Positions 1 to 9,387 of a DNA stretch of 25,388 nucleotides are shown in pieces; the first letter of the stretch is position 1; each line of letters starts with the position of its first letter. The notes under the pieces were generated by a model. The model searched no databases and was not told where the DNA came from. It saw nothing but the letters and a program-made list of their open reading frames with translations. Source of the stretch: Vitrella brassicaformis CCMP3155 (lineage: Eukaryota; Protista; Chromerida); assembly GCA_001179505.1 (NCBI GenBank), contig CDMY01000741.1, positions 1 through 25,388 on the forward strand, read 5' to 3'. The position numbers and the translations under genes are program-made.

Positions 1-516
1 CCCCCCCGCCGCCCCTCTCGGTGACGAAGCGGACGGCCGCCCGGACCTTGCCCTCGAGCATGAGCTTGTTGAAGATGCGATAGACCGACGCGTCGTCCAG
101 CTGAGGCTGAGTGGTGGGGAACTGCTGGTCCAGTCGCTCCGCCTCGCACACGAGCTCCTCCACCTGCCCCTTCTGCCACATCTCCAGCCGCCTCCAGAGC
201 ATCCGCTTGACATCGCGCTTCCTCTTGACATCCGGATCTCGCTGGATGAGTGTGCGGACGAAGACGCCAGCCCGCTCGGACGGTGCCTCGAGCTTGGAGA
301 TCTTCTCCACCTCATCAGCGATGGCATCGGCGATGGCGCGGCCAAGGTTGCCAAGCTTGCTGAGATCCTTCACGCACCGCAGTCGAAGCTGGCAGACCCG
401 CTCGTGATATGCCTCCCACTCAGGGAAAGTCGGTCCTTCTGAATAAGATACTCGGGCACCCTCACCTGTATGCGAAGAAAGGTCAATCGACTGTCTGTAT
501 GGGCCGGTTGGCGTCG
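1..516 (-). mobile_element. Non-LTR retrotransposon ORF fragment (CRE-like, region upstream of the RT domain), runs off the window start
   Basis: Open minus-strand frame not in the ORF track (no ATG): ...FPEWEAYHERVCQLRLRCVKDLSKLGNLGRAIADAIADEVEKISKLEAPSERAGVFVRTLIQRDPDVKRKRDVKRMLWRRLEMWQKGQVEELVCEAERLDQQF...VYRIFNKLMLEGKVRAAVRFVTERGGG. The motifs LQRD...I.RRL..W..G...EL and F..LML.GKVR.AVR...R.GG recall, from memory, the pre-RT region of CRE-like RLE retroelements. The RT itself lies outside the window. Confidence 0.6.
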
Positions 517-931
517 CTCACACACTCACTCGCTGTTCAACCGCGACGACCGGAAACGCCTTCCTGACACGGTGACACACACGGCATGAGAGGACCCACT
601 CGTGAAGCGACATTCAACTCACACGCGCCGCCCGGAGGAGAGAGGCGATCCCGCCCTTGTGTATTCGCCGGATCTCCCGGGTCAGACCACTCCGATGTGC
701 CGTGCCGAGGGACGGCTGACGAGGCAATAGCGCCAGGAACGCAGGCCCCTGGCGAGAGGCGGATGGCGCACTCACAGCATAGGCTGTTGCCAAGGCCCAG
801 CTGAGGATGGGGAGTTGCCCAAATACATGCATGGCGATTGACGCGGTTTCATGGAGCACCCGGCGGCTGGACGATGAATGCGAGCTTAGAAGTGCGAGGA
901 GGGGAGGCGCGAACGCAACAGAGAGGCGCTC

Positions 932-1540
932 ATGAGCGCCACACGAGCAGCCAGGAGCATCGAGAAAGTCAAACAAGCTGACATCTCTGTGTGTCTGTCT
1001 GTCTGTGTGTCTGTCTGTCTGTCAGAAGCGCGGCCAAACGAAGATTGTCATGGGCGCCCACGTCATTGCCGCTCTGTCCATGACATTCATTCCCCGAGTC
1101 AGACCTGTTCAGACGCCGGCCGGCCAACGAGCACGACCACGCCATTGGTTCGGCCATTGGTTCGTGGGCTGGCAGGCGCCCTTGGTTCGGAAGAAGCGGC
1201 TGGGAGATGGGCGCAGCAGCGGTGAGTGCAGTGCATGAGAGAGAACGAGAGCAGCCCAGCCTCTCTCTCAATCTGTGTGGATGTGTGTGTGTGTGTGTGT
1301 GCAGCTGCCGATGGTTGGAGAGACCGCGTGCACAAGGAGTGGGTGACTGAGTGGGCGGCCGCGATATACTCAATTGCACGACCTTCAAGTCAGATTGCAG
1401 TGGGAGTGGGAGCTCAGCAGGTACATGTGTCCACACACGCACACACACACGTGTGCATGGTTGGCTATTACTGTTATGTTCTGATTGGCGTGTAGGGGCC
1501 GGAGAAGGTGCCCGAGAGTGCCAAAAAGAGACCGGCATGA
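932..1540 (+). CDS. Hypothetical Trp-rich spliced protein (4 exons: 932-967, 1026-1221, 1305-1420, 1496-1540); may extend upstream
   Basis: Three GT-AG introns, two containing TGTC or TG microsatellite, with consistent phases. Product MSATRAARSIEK|KRGQTKIV...RHWFGHWFVGWQ...|AADGWRDRVHKEWVTEW...|GPEKVPESAKKRPA*. No homology recognised. Confidence 0.4.
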
Positions 1541-2579
1541 CACACCATTGCTCTGGATAAATTTCATGTGGGGTGGGATTGTGGATAGTTTGTTGCCTTG
1601 TTGATGGACGGGTGTATGTGGTCTGCGGGCTGGGTCGTATCGATGATGCCGTCCGTCTGGTTTGATGTCCATCCTGGATAGTGCGCTTCTTAGTTTGCAT
1701 TGAGCGGACATTGTTCATCGTGTCAACGTCTGCCTGTCTGCCTGAAACAGATTGAAACACATCCAGGAAGGGTGAAACATGCCGCGGGCGAGAAGAGAGA
1801 GATGACAGCAACATATACAGCAGGAGGACCGGCATTACCCTTGTTTCGTCTTGTTTCGTCTCCTCCGGGGTGCGGCGGGTGCGGCGTTGCCATCCAGGAC
1901 ATTCACCGTCCCTACGTGACCGCGTGAGTTACACATACACACACACACACTGCTGTGAACATACACACGTGTGTTCAAGTCTCCCTCCCTCCCTCCATCT
2001 CTCTCTCTCTCTCTGTGCGTGTGCTTGTGTGCGCACTGTTTGTTTAGGCGGCCGGCCAGCAAGTCGCTTGCAGGCTGACTTGCAAGTGAAGTGGCTGTAC
2101 GTTTATCTATTAGGGCTTCAATGGTCCGAAGGTGGGTGGCCTAATTCATGTTGATGCCTTATCGTTTGTGCACCGTTGCTTGTGTGGCCGCCTAGTGCTT
2201 TGTGGTTGGTCGATTGGGTGGCCGTATGCACGTCAAGAGAGTGAGAAATGCATGTGGAGAATGTGGCTTCGAACTGAACACTAGTAACTGAACAAGTGAG
2301 ACATCGACGATCAATTGGACCGTTCATATCTATGAGAGTCTTGACAGACAAGCATGTCCATGAAGGTAGGTCCTTGATGATTGATGGAGACATGCGAGGA
2401 AAGGAAGGAAGGAAGGAAAGAAGGATGCATCATCCAGGGAGAAGAACACAGCTGATGCCTATTTGTAGCGTCCTTTCACACACAGACTCGTCAGAGCCGC
2501 CTCTGCAGATTCTTCCCCATCCAACCCCTCATCGATCCCGACCCGATAGTTCAGTTCCTGACCAAGGAGGGCCCCTGCT

Positions 2580-3125
2580 GATGCGCCCCATGACTGAGAT
2601 CAGCGGCTCTTGCACCGTCAAGCTGACGCCACTTGGAATATCGTCGAAGCGTTGATAGCATTGGCCTGTGTATAGAATGGCCCCTCTCCCACATGCGACT
2701 TTCTTCTTGTTCTCTGCCAGGATCGCGCTGAAGTCCTTGGGAGTGAGTACGTTGGAGGACGATGGCTTTCGAGTGGTGTTTGGTGCTGACAACTATCACA
2801 TCGCCCACACCAAGACAGGGATGACTATCTCATTCAGGCGAGAGACTGACCTGTATGTCCTCGACTTCGCTGAATGCGACACTGACGAGACACCACACGC
2901 GATGCGTGCAAAGGCGGCGATGCTGTCTCTTTCCCGTTAAGCAACTGGTTGTGCTGGTATACTTGTCTGGACATGCGTCTCAAGACGTTGACCACTTGCA
3001 GGGCGAGAGGGTTGTTGCGGACGTCGGGTGTGTGGAGGAGGTTGTCCAACTCTGACGTCGGGTTAGCTTGCGCTGCCTGTCTCCCCATCAAGATTCTCCA
3101 CATCCCGCTCCCTGGTGCCACCTGT
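2580..3125 (+). mobile_element. Degenerate Ty1/copia-like pol remnant (post-protease spacer plus GAG-pre-integrase-like domain)
   Basis: Fragments in order: ISGSCTVKL, then LGVSTLEDDGFRVVF...HIAHTKTGMTISFRRETDLYVLD, then WYTCLDMRLKTLTTCRARGLL...CAACLPIK. These match the copia pattern G.G.V.L / NLLSV..L.D.GF.V.F...LY.L / WH.RLGH...C..C..K. Stops and frameshifts are present and no integrase core follows. Confidence 0.55.
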
Positions 3126-3214
3126 TCAGTTCGTGGACGGGGAGGTTTTGCCGGTGCAGACCGACGACGCTAGCCCGAGCAAGGCGAGGGCGCCCGAGGA
3201 AAGAGCGAGGGTCA

Positions 3215-3262
3215 ACCTGTGGCAAAGGCAGAGGCGTCACACACCTGTGGCAAAGGCAGAGG
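3215..3262. repeat. 20-bp direct repeat ACCTGTGGCAAAGGCAGAGG x2 (period 28)
   Basis: Copies at 3215-3234 and 3243-3262, read directly. Confidence 0.9.
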
Positions 3263-3924
3263 GCATCGGGTCGAGCACATGTGTCCACGACACATACCAC
3301 CTTTCCTCGTTGGTGTCGTCGAACGTCGGTGGCGGCACCCTGTTGATGCTCAAGTGGAGGTCGATGTGCAGGTTGCCCGACGGACGGCGAACGGTGAGCT
3401 GCAACTCCTCGTTGTCGGTCTGCTCCTCAAGGGCCAGCTCGACACACTGCCGAAGCGTCGTCGTGAAGTCGCGAGGCAACCCCACCATCCACCAACGCCC
3501 ACGCACCAAACGACTCACCCCTGCCCGCCAGACCCCTTGCCCCCAGTGATGCAAGATGTCATACGGCACATTCTTCGCAGGACAGGAATTCTCGAAGCCA
3601 AACAACGCCATGCCGTCAGGGCAGTGCCGCATGCTGTAAGCCGATTCGAGCCTTCAGAAACGCGGTGGCCTGAGAGCAGATCGGCATGAATGTCAGAGAG
3701 ACACGTTCTGCGTATGTGTAGAGGGCGGCGTATATTGTACATATACGCATCCACCGATTTGTACTGCGGCTCGTCCGTCGTATCCCGAGTGGTGAACAGG
3801 GCGTTCATGACGACCTGCCGCAGATCCAGCTCGAGCGGCTGCTCCAGCACCTCGTCGGTGGTCACGCCTGGCCTTGGGTAGGCTGCAAGGATCTCCTCGT
3901 CTTGCACGCCGGACAGCTGTGTCT
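3237..3924 (-). CDS. Hypothetical spliced protein or gene relic (exons about 3924-3743 and 3633-3237)
   Basis: Acceptor tgtgcag|TQLSGVQDEEILAAYPRPG...DAY(I), then a phase-2 GT-AG intron joining MRHCPDGMALFGFENSCP...ELALEEQTDNEELQL...; amino-acid usage looks coding. No family recognised and the start was not found. Confidence 0.35.
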
Positions 3925-5535
3925 GCACACAGAGCCAAAAAATGCATTGCCTGCGAGACATAATGAGCACTCACTATGTGCGCTGCATGCGAGTTGCGCT
4001 GCGCACACGTGGTAAAGCCACGTACAGTGCACTGGCCACAATGTTTCCATTCGTGCCCATGACGACGTCTCTAACAGACCAGCAGGAGAGCGGAGACAAT
4101 GAGAGATCGTTGAGAGGTGATCGATGGGCTTACTCCAGTTGGTCGGATACTGTAGAACGAAGTCGAGTTGGCGCTCATGGGCGGAACGCTGCTCGAGTTG
4201 CCCTATATATATTGGAGTGGCCCAACAGCGCAGATACTGTGCCGACGAGCGGTCATCGAAAAAGACAGTCAGGGAACAGGTGCAGACCTCTGTTTCGCGT
4301 AGTACTTGAGCTCCACTTCAATGAACTCCCCGTTGGCTTTGGCATTTCGGACAGACTGATAGCTTCCCTACCTCAGCGAAGTGCCCTTCGGCAGATGCAC
4401 CTGCCAACAATCAGTGGCACACACACACACACACACACACACACATGAGCATGGCTGCCGAAGTCACGTTGTCTGTCGGTTTGTTCTCACCGTCTGCATG
4501 GTTTGTTCTCAGCAGCGAAGCCATGGCCTGAGGTTCCCTCAGGCCGTGATCAACACGACGTCAGCCTCTGCAGTCTGCTCCCTGATCAACACGACGCACA
4601 CATGAATGCAGGGGGAGACGTCGAACGACCCATTCAGCGTTGGCGGCGAACGAGAAAAATCTACCTCGCAGAGAACCTGGCCAAGCGTAAAGCTGCGGAA
4701 GACACGTGCCACTGCACCCACAATACTCCAACAATTTGGGCTGGGGGCTGTCGATCCTGTCTCGTCTCGACTCCCGTGCTTCTGTGCGGCTGCACAGAAA
4801 GGTCAGGTGGTCGAGTAGCTGGGGTGAGCGATACGCTGGTGCCGGCTCCGTCCTTTATTATGAGTAGCCATCGCAGCACGCAGAAGTTTGGCTCTACGGT
4901 TTTGGCTGGCGCCATTCTCTATTCGTTTATGCAGGGCATACAAAAGCTGAGCGTGTGTCGTCAAGAACACTCCATCCAAGCATTGTGCGTGATCCACACC
5001 AAGCCACATTTACTCAACCACCCACCCATCACACACTACCCGTCCATACCCTCCCTCCCGTGATGTACGTACGCTTACTACTGGATGGCGGTAGCCATGG
5101 CCTGCCTGGGTGGTGACCGACCTGACTGCCCAATGGACACACACATTCATTCATTCATTCATGGTGAACAGCGACACGCAAAAATACACATACACACGTA
5201 CATAACATGGGTGTGCATATATGTCTGTGGCGGCCCTCCCGCCCTCTCTTCCCCGGGCGTTTACCCAACAAAACACGTGACTGACGAAAATCCTTTACAT
5301 AAAACTGGATGGACGGATGCGTGCATCTTCTCCGCGACCCCTGCTCCCCACGCACACACACATACACACACACACACACACGCAGAGATGGAGAGAAAGC
5401 ATGCAGGCAGGCATGCAGCGAAAAAGGCAGGCGGATGGAAACCAATGGGTTGCCGTTGGTTGTGTGGTAGGACACGATATGCGATGCGATGCTAACCAGG
5501 CAGAGAACTACATGTTCGGGACGGGACGCACACAC

Positions 5536-5581
5536 GGGGTCTCAGGGGAAAATCCAGAGGGGTCTCAGGGGAAAATCCAGA
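5536..5581. repeat. Perfect 23-bp tandem duplication GGGGTCTCAGGGGAAAATCCAGA x2
   Basis: Units at 5536-5558 and 5559-5581. Confidence 0.95.
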
Positions 5582-5770
5582 AACGCCGCACTCACTCAGG
5601 CACACACACACCCGCACACACACACATGGACACACATGGACGTATACGAGTTCCGATAAATACAGACATACATGTGCATGGAGAGGACAGACAGACAGAC
5701 AGACAGGCAGGCGGACAGGCGGAGAGGGACAGAGTCACTACTAAACCACATCCCTCCCCCCTGTCAGCAC

Positions 5771-8456
5771 TCACAAACGGCCCACGGTGTCTCGCTTCAT
5801 GCGGCCCCCTCCCTTCCACGCCATATGCAGCAACAGCAGCAGCGCACCACTCGACATAAACATGCTACTGGCCACACCCACGTACTGCTCAGTGGCACCC
5901 ACGTGTCCAGCAGCACCAGCTCCGCGCAGAAGGGCCCTCTTAGTTCCAGTGGCCCCAATCTCACTGTGGTCGGTGCTGCCCGTGAGGTAGCGGATAAGTA
6001 TGGCGATCGAGTAGCCCGCCGCGGTGGCAATCGCCCCGTTCAGCACCTGCATCAACGTCCCCACACACAGGTATGTGTCTATCGGCCACGTGTGTGTGGA
6101 ATGGATCGCACGGACATACCATTTTGAGTCCGCTCATGACGCGGCCCTGCTTGATGAAACTGCCCTTGGCCATGCCTGCATGGTTGTGTGTGTGTCACAC
6201 ACAGTGTCTGTGCGCATCCATCCTATCCTCCAACGTGTCCCCGCCCACCTACCTAGCAGGAACAGGGTGAGTGCGGTGCAAGCGCAGCAGATGATGAAGT
6301 TGTCGGTGGGCGATATGGGGGTCGACAGCAAAGCGCCGTACACCACCTGCACACATCCACACGAGGAGAAACGCCACATGCTGTCCATCTGTCTGTGTGC
6401 CCACCCACCCCCCCACCCCCAGACGCAGCCACCCATGCATACCAGAGGGACGCTGCCGAAGAGCACAAATGCGACGCACATGATGAGGCCGCTCTTGACG
6501 GGCGACGCCAGGCCATCGGGGGGGGTCAACCTGACCGCACACATCCACCCACACACATGGATGCGTGTATGGGCGTGTGGGAGTGGTGTGTGTGTGTGTG
6601 TGTGTGAGTGGATGGTTTGCTCACACACCCCAGTTCCTCGACCATCATGACCTTGACGAAGAAGTCCTTGTAGCGAGACATTATGCTGCACATAACGCAT
6701 GCACATGGCCTACACGTGTGGTCTCCCCTCCCTCCCTCCCTCGTCGCCGACGTGATGACTTGTGTGGCGTCCTGTCGGGTCATGCCGTTCTGCTCGTACA
6801 GGTCAATCATCTCCGCCACCTCACCCTTACACACACACACACGCACATCCATCCATCCATCCAGCCAGCCAACCATGCTCAAGTTCAGTGTTCCATATAC
6901 CTCGGGGTAGTGTTCCATCTCCCATTTCTCGCGGCGCTCCTCCGCCCGAGCATAGTCGATCTCTGCACGGGCAGAAAAGTAATCACCCAAACCCTGCAAA
7001 CACACAGACACACACACACGCCCGAATATGTCTGGTGTGTGCTGCATGGCTGTCTGGCTGCGTGGGCTCCTGATTGACCATTGAGAGTCCGTCGGCGACC
7101 AGATTGGCGATGCCCAGGAGGATCACCGAGCCGCTCGACAGCCCTGGGTGGCAGGAAACACGCACACGCATACAATACAAGCAGACAGAAAAGGATGTAT
7201 GCCGAGTCGACTCACCTGCCCCGATGCTTGTGGCGACGATGGCGAATGTCGTGACGATGCCGTCAAGACCCCCGAACACCAGCGACTTGAGAAACTGACC
7301 ACAGACACATGGATGGTGTGGCATGCATGTGTGCGGGNNNNNNNNNNNNNNNNNNNNNNNNNNNNNNNNNNNNNNNNNNNNNNNNNNNNNNNNNNNNNNN
7401 NNNNNNNNNNNNNNNNNNNNNNNNNNNNNNNNNNNNNNNNNNNNNNNNNNNNNNNNNNNNNNNNNNNNNNNNNNNNNNNNNNNNNNNNNNNNNNNNNNNN
7501 NNNNNNNNNNNNNNNNNNNNNNNNNNNNNNNNNNNNNNNNNNNNNNNNNNNNNNNNNNNNNNNNNNNNNNNNNNNNNNNNNNNNNNNNNNNNNNNNNNNN
7601 NNNNNNNNNNNNNNNNNNNNNNNNNNNNNNNNNNNNNGGGGGGGGGGGGGGGGGGGGGGCGTACCTCTGAAGGCTCGCCCGAGTGATGCTCGGCGTGATC
7701 CTCCGCTGTGATATCAGCCGCTTGCAGATACCTACGTGTAGAGGCGTACACACGTACAGGCGCATGCTCGCATTAATTGTGCGGCAGTCTTACGCTCGGC
7801 CCCAGTCGAGGCGAACCACATACACACCGTCGGCGCGCACCTGATGAGAACACACACACACACACACACACAGACACAGACACACGCACACGGAGAGAGA
7901 GAGTGGGGGCGAGATCTTGCACACGAGGATCCATGCGTGAGTACCGTTTCGACGACTCCCGCTCCGAAGGGCGTCTTGACCTTCTCCTTGGCCTTCTTGT
8001 GACCTGACGACGCAGACATACACATTGCCGAAAAGGTGTGCATGCGTGCATTTGTTCGTGCGTCTGTCTGGCTATGCGTGTGTGGCGTACGCTGGTCGTG
8101 CGCATGGCGGCTCATGCGGATGGCCTGCTGCTCCTGCACACGCCAGCGCACAACACACACACACACACACGTGTCGTGCATCCGTGAACGTATATCGGTT
8201 TGTCTGTCACTGTGTGTGCGAGCGCACCGAGTTGCTGCTGTAAAACGCCGCACGGGCAGCCTCGTTGATAAACCCTGCACACACACAACACACAAACACG
8301 CCTCTCACACACGCTGGCCTCCATGCACAGGCATCTCCTCTCACCCGATTTGTTGCCGATAGGCGTGTTTGACGTGGTGGCCGTGCTGCCCGAGACAGTG
8401 CGGCCGCCCCAGCTGAACGTCGCCCCCCCAGTCCCCTCTCCCTTTGCCAGATCCAT
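5771..8456 (-). CDS. VIT1: Vacuolar iron transporter VIT1/CCC1 family, 15 exons (8456-8345, 8274-8228, 8133-8091, 8003-7945, 7840-7794, 7731-7665, 7294-7216, 7143-7079, 6993-6901, 6825-6752, 6685-6629, 6530-6443, 6346-6253, 6175-6120, 6046-5771)
   Basis: All junction phases are consistent. The spliced product has FLKSLVFGGLDGIVTTFAIV, GIANLVADGLSMGLGDYFS, E.RRE.WE.E..PEGE..EMIDLY, FFVKVMMVEELG, FGSVPL and VLNG, closely paralleling Plasmodium VIT. Intron 6 spans the N gap. The C-terminal end of the last exon is uncertain. Confidence 0.93.
7338..7637. other. Assembly gap (300 N) inside VIT1 intron 6, flanked by poly-G
   Basis: Run of N, read directly. Confidence 1.
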
Positions 8457-8753
8457 CGGATGGCGATGGCTGGCGAAAATCAGCGGCAAAACTGTGCAAG
8501 AGAGGTCTGCCTCTACTTGCGGATTACACACAACTGCGGATTCAACAAAGTCAACACACCCAGAAAAAAGTCAAACTCCATTCACGACGAAAGATGCGAG
8601 CTTGAAACTTCGTCAAACACAACTTTTGCGAGCTGGAGTTCTTGCCACCCTTGTTTCATCCAGATCGTTTCCGCGTGCTGTGTGCCGTTTCCTAGTGCCC
8701 GTTGTCGGTTTCTAGCTAGTTGCGTGACCGCTTGACGACTCGTTGACGAGAGG
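8457..8753. promoter_or_regulatory. Putative bidirectional promoter VIT1 / H2B.Z
   Basis: 297 bp between divergent ATGs, lacking long microsatellites. Inferred from gene arrangement only. Confidence 0.5.
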
Positions 8754-9387
8754 ATGCCGGGGAAAGGACCTGCTGAGAAGCGCCAGGCCGCCAAGAAGAC
8801 GGCCGGCAAGACGCCCGCGGAGGCCGGCAAGAAGCGCCGCCGCAAGCGCACCGAGTCCTTCGCCCTCTACATATACAAGGTCCTCAAGCAGGTGCACCCC
8901 GAGACCGGCATTAGCAAGAAGAGCATGAGCATCATGAACTCATTCATCAACGACATCTTCGACCGCATGGCGGTAAGTGAGTGCGGTGGGATGGCAAAGG
9001 CAGCAGGGAGGGAGGGATGAGAGGGCGGAGAGGGCAGCCAGGGGTGGGGGAGCGGTGGGAGGGCAGGATGTCGTGTCTCTGCAAGTGTGGCTGCACCAGT
9101 GAGGCCGTCTGTGTTGTGTGCATGCCTGCACGTGATACCCATGACACCCCCGCACCCGTCAACACGACTCTCATGCCATGTCTCTCCCTCCCTGTGTGTT
9201 GTGTGTGTTGTGTGTTGTGTGTCAGACTGAGGCGACCAACTTGATCCGTTTCAACAAGAAGAAGACGCTGTCATCGCGCGAGGTGCAGACGAGCGTGCGG
9301 TTGATGCTCCCCGGCGAGCTGTCCAAGCACGCCGTTAGCGAGGGCACCAAGGCCGTCACCAAATACACGACCGCCGCTGGCAACTAA
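8754..9387 (+). CDS. H2B.Z: Histone H2B variant H2B.Z (H2Bv), 2 exons (8754-8972, 9226-9387)
   Basis: [20 protein letters not shown]...[22 protein letters not shown]...DRMA|[49 protein letters not shown]. The tail [15 protein letters not shown] and core [21 protein letters not shown] match apicomplexan H2B.Z as recalled, not canonical H2B. Confidence 0.92.

Noticed and set aside
1764-1927. Possible exon IETHPGRVKHAAGE...CGGCG
   Set aside because: It is bounded by CAG and GTGAGT but could not be joined in phase to neighbouring exons; the upstream gene already stops at 1540.
4503-5063. 186-aa ORF, with a 13-bp repeat GATCAACACGACG and a small GGCCTGAGG/CCTCAGGCC hairpin
   Set aside because: No recognisable motif or consistent splice structure, and the short repeats could arise by chance.
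5536-5581. CRISPR-like repeat
   Set aside because: Only two adjacent units with no spacer, in a eukaryotic context with no cas genes.
7638-7659. Poly-G tract as a G-quadruplex or regulatory element
   Set aside because: It abuts an assembly gap (as at 24152-24158), so its length and reality are uncertain.
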